Of a DNA stretch of 64,000 nucleotides, positions 43,404 through 56,832 are shown one piece after another. The notes below the pieces were generated by a model. It was not told the DNA's origin, did not search any database, and saw nothing but the letters and a program-made list of their open reading frames with translations. The stretch is from the human T2T-CHM13v2.0 reference genome, Homo sapiens: the NCBI RefSeq assembly GCF_009914755.1, contig NC_060927.1; one strand, given 5' to 3'. Numbering within the stretch: position 1 is the first letter of the stretch; each line of letters starts with the position of its first letter. Both the position numbers and the translations under genes were made by a program.

Positions 43404-44654
43404 TTATGGAGGATTTCGCAGTCACACCAAGACTTGAATATGTGGTTTTACCCCTTACCAACTCTGTGACATCTCATTTTCCAGATCCTCAGTTTCTTAA
43501 TATGTAAAATAGAAAGAATAATACCTCTCACCTAGGAAAAATGCAATCATTATAAAGATCCTAGTTTAGCGCAATTTCTATTAGTTTTCCTATCTCCCTA
43601 CCCTCCGTTAAATTGGTATTATTTGGGCAGAATGGCTCTTAGAATGGCCAGACACACAGCAGAAAGAACCTTTTAGCTCTTTTTAGATTTCAAAATTAAA
43701 AGCACTACCCCCTCAAGGTTTCCACTTGCTCCACTGTAACTTTCAGTCTTGAGTGGAAATATGATGTTGCTTTTTGTCAGAGACCCCTGAAAATGTCTGA
43801 GTGTCTCTCAAACAGCAAGAAACTAAGAGAATCCTCAGGACACTCTCACACTCCTAGAGCTGCATGTGAGGTCCCCAGCAGCCATGGTCATGGAGAGCTC
43901 ATATGTACAAGCTCCCCCAGATGGTGCGCTACGATCCAGCAGCTTCTTGTTGCTTGCTCATCAAAAAGCAATCATTGAGAGCCTCTGTTCCAATCACCTT
44001 GTGATCTGGCATCAATATCTTCATTATATGGAACCAATCTCAAATAGTTGGGGACTTCCAGGAGATCTTCTTTACACTGAAAACCCCTCGCAATTACGTT
44101 TTTTAAAGGTGGTAGAAGAAATGTTCATGTATCATGGAAAGAGAAGTGCAGTCTCTTCCAAAGTCTTCAAGGACATGGTCATAGGGGTCGCGAGACACAA
44201 CCTCAGGACAAATGTGAGCAGTAAATCATAGTCCCAGGTCTACGGTGAAAAACTTGAGGAGTACAGATGGACACATCAGCACCCCTAAAATTGGAACTTG
44301 ATTTCAGAAGGGCAGGATGGGGGTCTAAGATACTTTACCAGCAGCCTCAGTACTTTTCTGGAGTTTTATCCTCTCTGGTGAGAAAAACTTCTTTTTGATG
44401 CTTCAAAAATTTTAGCCAACTTGGCTTCTTACCATATCCTGAGCATAAAGACTTTCTGGATATGCACAACGATATCCAAATGATATGTCATGATTGTACC
44501 AAAAACAGGAAGAACCACACATCCACCCAACCATTATAACCTGTATGCCCAGTGAATTGGTGGTTGGGGGACTGCATGGGTGAGAAATATTGATTTCGCC
44601 CAACTCTGAGATAATCTATCCCTAAAAGAAAAAACATGTCCAAATTATGTGAGA

Positions 44655-44870
44655 CAGCATGGTGCTGTGGCAAAGCAGTGGCTTGTTGTCATAAGACCCA
44701 CTCCTTATCACTCAGTGACTTTATGTGGGATTTGGGTCCAGTTACTTGACTTTTTAAGCCTCCGAGTCTGTAATCTGTGGATAATACTACTTTATTTTGA
44801 GGATGATAAGGATTAATTAGGCAACGTTGGAGTGCTTAGCACAGTGACTACTATGGGTTGATAGTCAACA
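44655..44870 (+). mobile_element. MIR SINE
   Basis: CAGCATGGTGCTGTGG...AGTTACTTGAC...GAGGATGATAAGGATTAA...GTGCTTAGCACAGTG. Confidence 0.55.
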
Positions 44871-46904
44871 AAGATTTGATTTCTTCACTCCTTAGATATT
44901 TTGAAATGATGTTATGATCATTCGGTTTAGTTTCCACAGCTAGCCCAGTCTGTCCAAAAGGATTCACTTTACCTTTTATCCAGATTTCAAAAATGGGTTA
45001 ATTATATATTAAGCTGGGATATCAACGTCAGCAAACTTTGATTAAGATTTGGAATTTAGTAGTCCTAAGCAGGTAATAAGGATTTTGTTTTTTCCTGATG
45101 CATGTTAGAGGAGTGAAACATCCAAAATACAGGCTTTGGGCACCATTTGCCTGGATTAATACAATTTCTTCACTGAATTCCAGCCTCTTGTTGTTACTGA
45201 AGAGATCATCTCACTATGGGTTTTCATTACATCAACCCTATTCTCCTCTAGGGCCTTCTTAAATGGGCTACAACTAAGGAACAAGACCCTTTGGAGCAGC
45301 TTTGAAGGCCTCTTCGGGGTCAGGATGACATCCAAGGAAGGCCTCACTTCCTGTGTCTCCTTCTGTGTCCCTTAGCAGGCTCCTCTCATGCCTACTTGAC
45401 CAACATCTTATTCTCCACAAAACAAACCTCTGAATTTGCCTCAATTTTTAGGTACCGTGGGAAGCATTGAAAAAATGATTTTTCAGGCCCATTCCAACTC
45501 TGCACTTTTGTGATTTTAAAGTTATCCAAGTGTCTCAACCATCACTTGTTCACTCTCCCATCATAGCTATTTTATTCTTTTCAACAAGTACCAAAGTGGG
45601 AACACACAACCTCCTTTCATTCCCATCCTATTGCCTCCACAAGGCTTTATGCAGAGTGGAAAGTAAACTTCTTTAGTTTCTCAACTTAAAACTGTAATTA
45701 ATAAAAAAAAAAAAATTCTTCCTGATTTTTAGCTATTTAACTTGGAGAACACCCAAACCCAGTGCTGAGCATGTAATTACCACAGCATAACTACCTGTTA
45801 ATTGATTGACAATGTTAATATTATCATTCTTTTCATTTCACATACTTGTTCAGTGTTTTACCTGTTGTCTATTTATCCTCCGTGCCTACCTCCATTGTTG
45901 TTTTCTCTTAAACTACAAACTGCAAAGCATAGAAGCCATGTTTCTTTGACTCAGTGTGGATAATAGGCTGTAGAGAGATGCTTAAACAGGCTTTTCAATC
46001 GATTGATTAATACAATGATTGATGGATGGATAGAGGAAAGGGTGAATGCATTACAGCATTCTCCATTTGCTATTCCAACAGGATAAATTTACCAAAAGGG
46101 TCTCGCTCTGCCTCTGCCCCCTGAACAAAGCGCCAGAGGTAGGTGAGTGAGAGGGGTCAAGGAACAGCCATCCCTACTGCACACAACACAGGAGGATGTC
46201 TTGCAGAGGATACGGCTTCTTCTTTGGCTAATTGCTACAAAACATCTTTTGAAGCAAAGTGGTTATTTTCTACTATTTCTTGGTCATTTTTCCCAGGGTA
46301 ACTTGAAGTTTTTAAATTTAAAAAGGAAAGAAAAAATCCAATGAACCCTACATTTTTTTAACCCTACACTTCCTAACTTTGAGTCACGTTAAGTGCAACT
46401 GATTCCCCTGCTATTGATAACGTATTTATTCATTTCCTAGAGTAGTACACATTCCATCCACAGACTGTGTAGGTTTCATAGGTTTTTATATAGGTTTCAT
46501 AAACCTATAAAAAAGGAAAAAAGAGATAAGTAAAATATTTAATTATTTAAATTGCCAGATTTAATTTATAATGCACTTTAATTGCAAGTTCAAATTAAGG
46601 ACCTTGGGACTCAAAATTTTGTTTGTTTGTTTGTTTTTGTTTTTTGTTTTTCTCTTTTGACCAAATTGAGGAGCAGGCAGGACTAGCCACACAGGAGCAG
46701 AAGACAGATAGATCTCAGGGTTTTCATGCATTCTGGCTAGAAGTATAAAACCATGTATCTGCTCATGTGTGCTACTTCCAATGCAAGAGAATGAGTTCCT
46801 TCTGGAGATACGTCCCTGCGGGCATTCCAAGGGCACTAACTAAAAGTCCATTACTCTCTCTGCCACTCAAGAAAATGCAAACTAGGAAACAGTCAAATGT
46901 ATTT

Positions 46905-47035
46905 TTTAATTGTTCATTCATTCATTTATTCCACAAATATATATTATCTACAATGTGCCAGGTATGGTGCTAGGTACTGCCGATACACAGGTGAAAAGAT
47001 ATACAAACTCCCTGCTGTCATGAAGCTTACAGTCA
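46905..47035 (-). mobile_element. L2 LINE 3' end
   Basis: TTCATTCATTCATTTATTCCACAAATAT...AATGTGCCAGGTATGGTGCTAGGTACTG...CCCTGCTGTCATGAAGCTTACAGTC. Confidence 0.8.
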
Positions 47036-47329
47036 CATTGTTTGGTCCTTTGTTTGCTAATAGTTAATTAATTGGACACAGCATACCTTGGTTATTCTCA
47101 TTTCTTCTCTTTGGCTCCTTGGCACTGGTCTGGAGACTGTAGAAAGAAGAGAAAGAAGCAGGATCTAAGCTAATGGAGGGATATGACTCAATCCTCTACA
47201 AACTCTCAAAGTTCACCGGGTAGGGAGGAACTGGCCAGGATGGAGCCTGTGTCCTTCCCTTTAGCACTGGGGCCATCACAGTAATGTGGCTCTGTAGTCA
47301 CTCTAGAAATCGTCATTAACCATTCATGG

Positions 47330-47665
47330 TCAATGGAGACTCATGGCTCTTAGTAGAGGCTGCCATAATATGCTATTGTAGAAGAATATTTCATGACAAG
47401 TTATGGTCGGATTGTTAACTTTATAAAGCAATTTACAAAGCATTATCTGCAGTATGATACAATTTCGGTTAAAAGCAAAAACGTATGTATGCACAAAAAA
47501 AGATAGCCAGAATATATGACAACATGTTGGCAATGGATATAGTTCTGTTTAGGATTGTGGGTGCTGTGTGTGCATGTGTGAATACATGTGAACATGTATG
47601 CATATGCTTTTCAATGTTTTCTAAATTTCCTACAAAGAAAATGTACTAAATCATTTAATGATGGG
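47330..47665 (+). mobile_element. Very old L1 (L1ME-type) 3' fragment
   Basis: CAGTATGATACAATTT...AAAAGATAGCCAGAATATATGACAACATGTTGGCAATGG...TTTTCTAAATTTCCTACAA. Confidence 0.5.
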
Positions 47666-48064
47666 GAGAAAAATTGTATCCCTCTCCCCAGAAATCTACA
47701 TCAAATATTACTGCAACAGAAGGTGGGCTCCAATGAAAGAGGAGCCAGACGCCTATCTAGGCAGCCTCTTCCTCCTCTGTGGTCTAGGAGATGATATTGC
47801 TTGACCTGTCCACACTTGGAAGTAAAGCTCTGAAGCTTTTCTTGTCAAATTTTACTCGGACCTATTAGCCCAGAGCAAAGTAGTAACCACAATTTTTCAA
47901 ACTCTGCTATTAAGTGCAGTTATGGGTGGTATTTCATCACCTACGAATAGTTGGCAATTTTTACAATAACACATTCTACCAAAATAAATTACACATGTAT
48001 CAAAAATGTCATTAACAGAAACTTATCACAATGATATCAAACATACGACCTTTCAGCAAGTAAG

Positions 48065-48122
48065 ATATATATGTGTGTGCATATATATATATGCATATAT
48101 ATATATATAGTGTATATATATA
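48065..48122. repeat. (TA)n/(TG)n microsatellite
   Basis: ATATATATGTGTGTGCATATATATATATGCATATATATATATATAGTGTATATATATA. Confidence 0.85.
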
Positions 48123-49019
48123 GTATTTCTAAATCCGCCACGGTATTATCCCAACCTGAGACATATACATTAAAAAGAAAGAATGTGCTAAAACAAAAAC
48201 AATGGTATAGCATACTTTCTTCCATTTCAGTTTGTTTCTTCCAAACTGAATCCCCACTCCCTTTGCTTGGAGGAAGTACAAGGCCATTCTCCAGTGAGGG
48301 GAAAGTAAATGATTGTGTAAACTCAGACAGAATCAGCCTGTCACAAATTGGCAAATACAATTAATGGTTAGTTATCTACAAAGACTTCAGTCCTGTCACT
48401 TTTCAATTTTCTGGTCAGCATTCCAAAAAGGAACCAACTCTAATTAGTAAAATAATTCTTCAGGTCTTTATAGAGCCGATTCTCTATAAAGCTCTGTGAA
48501 AAGCTTGTTTTTGTTTTGTCGTTTTGTTTTAAAAGTTATTATAATTCCCTTACTCCAATATGAGAGATAAGAGCACTTACATACTTAACCTACCTTCTAA
48601 CTAGAAAAAATATTTTCAAAGATTACTATTATTTTTTTAAGCACGCCTCTAGGCGCACCGAGTTTCTGCTGTCATTAGGTAATCTGTGCTGAATGGTAAA
48701 AAAAGCATGTAAACCTCACAGATGAAAAGTTGTATTTGAAAGCTAATATGAGATTTGCTTCACCCATGTGAATCATCTCGGGATAATAAAAGAATCTGAT
48801 TGAGAAGATGATATGTATAGCTAGCACATAGTCAAAATTACAGATGTACATGTAAACGGTTAAAATTAATTACTGGCTCCATTTAGAAAAAGAATCTCCT
48901 CTGGACAAAAGAGGGTTTGAGTACATCTCCCTGTTCCTCACTCCTCTACCTTTGAGCTTTTGGGGGGCCAGAAATGCTAACCTTAATTAATGGAAGACCT
49001 ACTAGACCCCAGGCAAGGG

Positions 49020-49510
49020 TTTGGGTCCCAGGCCCAGGTCTCCTCCTGCGCCTCTCCCGGGAGTAACGAGCAAGCGGGCTTCATTACTGGCAGCTGAGGG
49101 GAAGGGTCACTGGGAATGGATTTGCAGGGCCCTCATTGAGCGATCACTCCATGCTGAGAGGAGCTGGCCGTACTCTCGGACACCTGGTCATTAACATTGC
49201 TAATTAGCAGCCATTAATCAGGGCGCTCGCTTTTTTTTGTTGTTGTTGCATGTCACCGGCTCAGAGGAACCAAGTGAATAAGAAGATTGTTTCATTACCT
49301 CCACAAGAGGTAGAATGAAAGCAGTTCCCATCAGCTCAAGATGAGATGGATTAAGGGAAAGGTTAGACAACAGTTTGAGATGAGCTGGGGAGGGGGTGGA
49401 CGGAGGGGGCCGGGAGACCTGAGCTGTCTGCCCAGGGAAAATCAGTCACCTATAATTAATGAAATCTTCTGCAACCTAATTCTAATCACCGTGTGAGCGG
49501 CTCTTCAACG
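49020..49510. promoter_or_regulatory. Candidate developmental enhancer (CpG-retaining, homeodomain-motif cluster)
   Basis: About 15 CpGs in 49048-49510 against a CpG-depleted background. Clustered CATTAA, TGCTAATTAGCA, CATTAATCA, ATAATTAATG and CTAATTCTAATC. No recognisable repeat. Confidence 0.45.
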
Positions 49511-49922
49511 ACCAAATTTTTGTATTTTAAGAGCTTTATTTTTTTTCTGTTAGTACAGGGAATTATCTTTAAGTTATTTTAATTCTGTTTGATACTCAGT
49601 AGGTTTTAAGTTTGGTCTTTTCAGCCTTCTCATTCTAAATTCATCTTCTCCTTCCCAAAGATTATGAAGTCATTTAAAATTTTAAGTAGTTATAATTAAA
49701 ACACTTTTAGAATATCTTCGCTATTTTATGGTTACTTTCCAACCAATGGTCAAAAAGTAATTTTTTAAATAATTTATTCTACAGTGTTTAGAATGAGAAT
49801 AAGAAGAAGAAATGGTTTATTCTTACTACTGACTGCACCCAAAAGTCAAAAGGGAATAAAAAGACTATCAATTTGTGTATAATAATACTGAGAAGAATAA
49901 CGTCGTTAAAAAGGGCTACGGA

Positions 49923-49958
49923 GTGTGTGTGTGTTTGTTGTGTGTGTGTGTGTGTGTG
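49923..49958. repeat. (TG)n microsatellite, interrupted
   Basis: GTGTGTGTGTGTTTGTTGTGTGTGTGTGTGTGTGTGT. Confidence 0.9.
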
Positions 49959-52900
49959 TAAATAAGTTGGGTTCTTCTTGTTAATTCAGATGTAATGTGA
50001 TAAACATTCTTTAATGGAATGTTTTCTCTTCTGGAATGTAGTGTTTTGTGTATATACCATATTACATTTATCTTAATTTCTGGAAAACGGAAATCTTGGT
50101 AACAGATTGCATATCTCACAGTTGTTTTAGTTGTCATTTTCTATCTAGAAAAAATGCTGTGAGAATACTTATTTAATTAGCAGCTAGTTAGCTATGAATT
50201 CATTCTTTTATTAAAATGGGTTCACCCAAGAACTGCAAAACAGATCTTGACTTACGTGGGAAGCTCTCCTTATTAAAGAAACAGTGAGCATTTCATCCAC
50301 CTTTTTGCTATGTTTTGCTCTGAGTTCCATGGTGGCTTACAAAATGTGGTTTGCAAGTGGCACTAAGTGACTAGAAAGCAGAAATTGCCTAAGTATTTAG
50401 TAGTGTTGTGACCTCATTTGGACAAGTGTAATAAATATATATTTGCACATATAATATGAACCCCTGCATTTTCAAAGCAAAATTATTCATTTAATGTGCC
50501 CTACACTTCAAACGATAAAAGGCTAAACCTGTTTTTTATGTACTAATTTGCTCTGTTTATGAAGAACTACGAAGTTTTGGGGGGAAGGAAGCAAGTATGT
50601 AAAACTAATCTGTAAAGCATTTCAATTGGGTTGGAAATCTGTAATATGATTTCTAGGACTTCATGGGAAAGTTGAACGCTCAAGGGGAAATTACACAAAG
50701 AACAGCTGAGAAAAAGTTGCATTCTGGCACAGAATCATGCAAATGGGGCACATTCTTCAGTTTTCTCATGACGGATTGCCTCTGAAACCACTGAGCCAAG
50801 CTGCAGCAATGCTAATGAGGGAGATGCATCAATGAACAGTGTCATCCCAGGGGCTTCTAAAGGGGACAAGGGGGGAGTGGGGAGGACAAGAGGGACTTGG
50901 AGAAGGAGGAAGGAAGAAAGGAAGAAGAGAGGGACAGACAGAGAGAGAGAGAGAGGGAAAGGAAGGAGAGCAACTGAATTTTTAATAATTAGGCCTAGGT
51001 TATTAAAAAACAAAACCAACTTAGCAGGTAGGATGGAAGGTACAAAATGAACAGCACTATAATTCTATCCTTTTAAGATGTGAAGGATTTTAAGAAACAG
51101 AGTAAGATGGGAGAGAAGACTTTTTAAACTATCTGCCTGTTGAACAAAAAAATTAAAGTTGGAAGCTAAAATGCTTCTGCCCAGAGAATAACTTGTGTGT
51201 GGTTTCTTTACAAGGACTCCAGACTATGGTGAAAAAGACTAGGGGATCATCTATCTATGCCAGGAAAAAAAAAAAGTAGCACTGTTTCAGTCTAAACTTC
51301 TTTGTGGTTGCAGATTTCTCATTTAAATATTTTTCTAATTGTAAAATCATACATTTGTAGCTCATTTACAGAAATGATAGTTTGCTTGTCATTTCAATGA
51401 AGTTTTGAAAGATTTTTTAATCTTCATAAGCATACACAAAAGGATTTGTTTTTTAAAGAATATTTCTCTTGAGATTAGCAAATGATTACTTGTGTAGAGT
51501 TCTGTGGGCAGATATATCTTTCTTGAATTGCCAAAACCATACATGTCACTTGCTTCCATACCCACCTAGTAAATATCAAATTGATAATTTGCTTTGCATT
51601 TTACTTCTATTCTGACTTCCAATGCAGTATGTTTCTGGTGGAAATTAAATCAATAGCTACTTACTGAGTGTTTATTACATCTAAGGCACTTAAAGGTATT
51701 TTTATAAAGAAATTTTAAAAAATATATAACACTGAAGTTTCAGACCTTTAAAGTGACGTCGAGTTTCCAAACATTATGAGTTAACTCCCTTTATAATAAC
51801 ACCACAGTGAGCACAGCCAATTTGGTATTGATGTGAATTGCATAGTTTACTTCCAAAATGTCCCAGTGACATGTACTCAGTGCTGGTTCAATCAAAAGCA
51901 TAGTTAAAATGCATTATTGTTTTCTCTTCAATATCTTATTTTATGAGCATTTAGCTTTTTAAAAATGTGAACAGTCAACTGTGCACCCTGTTTGCTAGCA
52001 CTGCTATTTCAGGTCCTTTAGCTAGGTAAATAAACAATTTAAATTGAAAAAAATAAATAAATAACTGTGGCAAATTTAAATTCTTTAAGTAGCAAAGAGG
52101 ATATAAGGAACTTTGCTCTAACACATCAGTATAGTTGATGCTAGAGTAAGATCCTTTTTATTATTTTGCTCAATTTCAACCAATAGGAGCTTCATGATTC
52201 AGAATTAAAGCTAAAAAAATTCCCCAACTCACTCTATTGTGTATTATAGTTCATATGGTATAGTTTCCAAGACCACCCACAGTTCTGAGACTGTCTAATG
52301 GAAGATTGTATCAGCTGCTGTACCTAATGACAACTAGATGAGTTAAGAATGAAGTGTTAGCATTCATAGTACTTGTGGGCATGAAACAGATTACTCACAT
52401 CATTTTAAAGATAACCTTGAATGAATGCAAAATGCATTTATTCGTGTGACACACTACTAATCGAGTACATTATCTATTAATATTAGCTCAAAAAATAAAT
52501 TTCTAAGATAAAAAGTTAAAATCTATTGTATTAAAGGATCTGTTAACATGTATTTAGACAATTTTAAATTATACATTAATGGAAACTGCAAGGCATGTTT
52601 CTGACATCTCTCAAAGTTATTTAACAGCATAGTCATGAACAATGTTATTAATTGATAGTTCACTATTGTCCGTCACACTTCTAACAGATCCCAGAGTGTC
52701 TCAAAAAAAAAACAAAAACAAAAACAAAAAAAAACTTGCCCTCTGGAAAATCTCTAAAGGAGAGAGAATACATTTAAACCACAAGACGCACGTGATAAAG
52801 GCTGAGGCAGTCGCTTTTCTTGCTCTCCTGCCTTCTTTCCAAGAAAAAGCATTCTTTGAAGTTTCCTGTTTTGTTTATTAAATCCCGATGGTTTGCTCTA

Positions 52901-53689
52901 CAATATGGCCATGTTAGGCTTAATATAAATATGATTTAAATGACTATTTAATTTGCTTGCTTGCTTTTAAATCTTAAAGTAAAAATGATACTCCAGGAAG
53001 ATGCATCGTGTTAATTCCACTGGGGAATACTGTTATCCAGGATGAGCGGGTGTGGCCATCAGTGAGCTTGCCGCTTGTCAGAAGAAACTCTGGTCCGAAG
53101 CCGGGCTGCAGACTCACTGTGTGGTTTTGGGCAGGTCAGTCCTGTAGCTGCTTTGGTCCTCAGCTTCCTCATGTGTAAAATAAAGGAGTTAGATTAGGCT
53201 TTTGATCTGTAAACTCTTTTCACTATTTGGATGTTGTAATAATTCTGGTGACATTTTGTTTTTCAGTAAGGGGAATGGCTACTAAATGATTCGGGTAGAT
53301 TAACTCTGTGAATCTTTTCCAGTTTAAGGATTGTGAAAGTGCATGGCCTCCATATGTGAAATGTAAAAATAAAAGCCTACTTACTGTTTTCGCAAATTTA
53401 ATCCTCCAAAAGTTTAAGTATCAAAACCTGGGGAAAAAAATCCTACTTGTATTTCCTGTTGCTTTTGCATGTTCAGTAAAACCAAGTTTAATTTGAAACA
53501 AGTAGTCATAACCCTTATTAATCAAACCTTTTTCCTGCAGCAAAATTCCAAGAGGAAGATGCAGAAAGAAACCAAAAGACTTTTAATTGTTTGTGTTTGT
53601 GCATTCTAAAAATGTCTAATTTGTACACAGTTAATCCTTAGACTCAGTGTCCAATACATCCTTAACTATAGCAGTTTGATTTCTAGCTC

Positions 53690-53870
53690 AGGCTCTGGAA
53701 TCAACCCTCGGTTGAAATCCTACCTCTGTCACATAGTTATGGTGTTATTTACCTTCTCCAAGCCTCAGTACTCTCATCTGTAAAATACAGATAATAATAA
53801 CAAGACCTCATTGAGTTTGGGGAAGGAAAAATGAGATAATACATGTCAAGTGCTCAGCACAGCGATTGCT
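53690..53870 (+). mobile_element. MIR SINE
   Basis: GGCTCTGGAATCA...GGTTGAAATCCTACCTCTGTCAC...AAGCCTCAGTACTCTCATCTGTAAAAT...GTGCTCAGCACAG. Confidence 0.8.
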
Positions 53871-54399
53871 CCAAAGGAGATACCATACCTCATTAATGTT
53901 ATCTTTTATTAATACCATTACCAGATGGTGAGAACTGATGCTCCCCTTAACGTTACAGGCTCATTGTCAAAGTAAAACAGGTTCATGAAGCATACTGGAC
54001 ATTTATAATAGGAAAGAACTCAGCTCACTTAGCCAAATGTTGCCCAAAAAAATACTGTCTTTGATCAAAAATCTTCAAAAAATACTCTCTTTGATCAAAA
54101 CCCAAAGGGCTTCCATACTTCTTACCCGACTCCCCTGCATGATCTCACCCCCAAGCCAATATCATGGTGCTCAGCCTATAGGACAGTCCTCTCTGCTAAG
54201 ATGGTGATGACCTGCATTTTTGCCATTGGTCCCTGGAGATCACTGCGAGGTTACTGCCTGTCCAGCTGGCCCAGAGTGACCCACCCTGCAAGCACCCTCA
54301 GGCTCAATTGGTCAGATTCCTCATCATGCTTCACCCTCCCCTCTGTGCCATCACCTACATTTCCACCTCCTCTCGCGCCTCTCCAGGGCAGCCTTTCTT

Positions 54400-55178
<779 letters not shown>

Positions 55179-55280
55179 TAAGTAGGTTTCTTTTCTATCT
55201 GTCAGAGTACTTAGAACAATGCTAGGATCATCTTCACTTACCAATATAAACAGACACATTGATCATAAAAGTTATCTTTA

Positions 55281-55635
<355 letters not shown>

Positions 55636-56758
55636 TTAACCAGCCAACCACAGAACAGATACAGGCCTAAAGAAACACATCAGCACTCACCATCCTGCCA
55701 TATTGTCCTGGAGAATAAAATCATGGAAGTTGTAAAGAGATCATTTTACCAAGTTTCTACTGAAATTTCTACTGAAGAAACATTTTCTAGCTTACTTATG
55801 CATCTTCAAGGCTGTCCCTTCCATCTGAAGGCTGAATAACATGGTGGGAGGAGTGTCATGGGGAGATAAACACCATATAACCATTAAGAATGACTGGAAA
55901 GATTTACATAGTGAAGTCACAATGGGCTTGTGGAAGGTTTGGGGACATAAATATTTAGAAAATGTTTTATTTATGATTAAGAAAAACTGTGAGGTTTACC
56001 AACCCTTTTACCTCTATATTGCATGTGGGGGTGGGTGTATGGAGGTGAGCTGAGGAGTTCTCAGCCGTTGTGTTTTATGACTCACAATAATTAGCTAAGA
56101 ATTGCTCTTCTTTCTCTACTCTGATTTTACCCAGTGTTTTACCCAGCCATTCTCTCTCGCACATCACCTGCTACTACATGAAAATCTCAGATATCTCAGC
56201 TCTGATCACAAATGCTTTTTTTTCTGGAATATCCATCTCAATCCATTTCTGACTATATTTCACTTTCTCCAGATTTTTGATCCCATTTTGACTCCCAGTT
56301 TTAGTTCCCATTATTGCCATTTGGATCCTAGAACTTGTTTCTCCTCGGTTTCCCCTTGATATTCTTTTAGAACTTTGGTATGCTCGGTATTTGACTAATC
56401 TACGACTAGACCCCAATTCTCCTGTATGAGCAATTGTTTTTGTCTCTCTCTTACTAGAAATACATAGTTCATACACATCATGAGCCAACTTTAAAAAATA
56501 AATAGCCATTCTAGAGCCAAATATTCATGGTGGACTTTTGGCCACCTAAGCCACAAACAACACAGTGGACTATGTTTCCCAAAGTGCAGGACCTGCACTG
56601 TGTGGGGACATGCCCCAGGAGGAGAGCAGTATGCAGTGGTACACTGGCATGGCATTAAATGCCACTGGTCCACAAAGTGAGAGAGTCGTTCTCTTTTCAG
56701 TTCTCTTTCAGTCCTTCTGATCACGGTAAGAACAGAGTCTCAGTGCTCATCTTGAACG

Positions 56759-56832
56759 CCTTTCCTACACTTTACAACACCTGTAACACGAAATACCTTT
56801 CCTACAGTTTACAACACCTGTAACACGAAATA
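56759..56832. repeat. 37-bp tandem duplication
   Basis: CCTTTCCTACA(C/G)TTTACAACACCTGTAACACGAAATA twice, with one mismatch. Confidence 0.95.

Noticed and set aside
48640-48662. Possible CTCF site (GCACGCCTCTAGGCGC)
   Set aside because: Spacing does not fit the CCRSYAGRKGGCRS core well, so it is unsupported without ChIP data.
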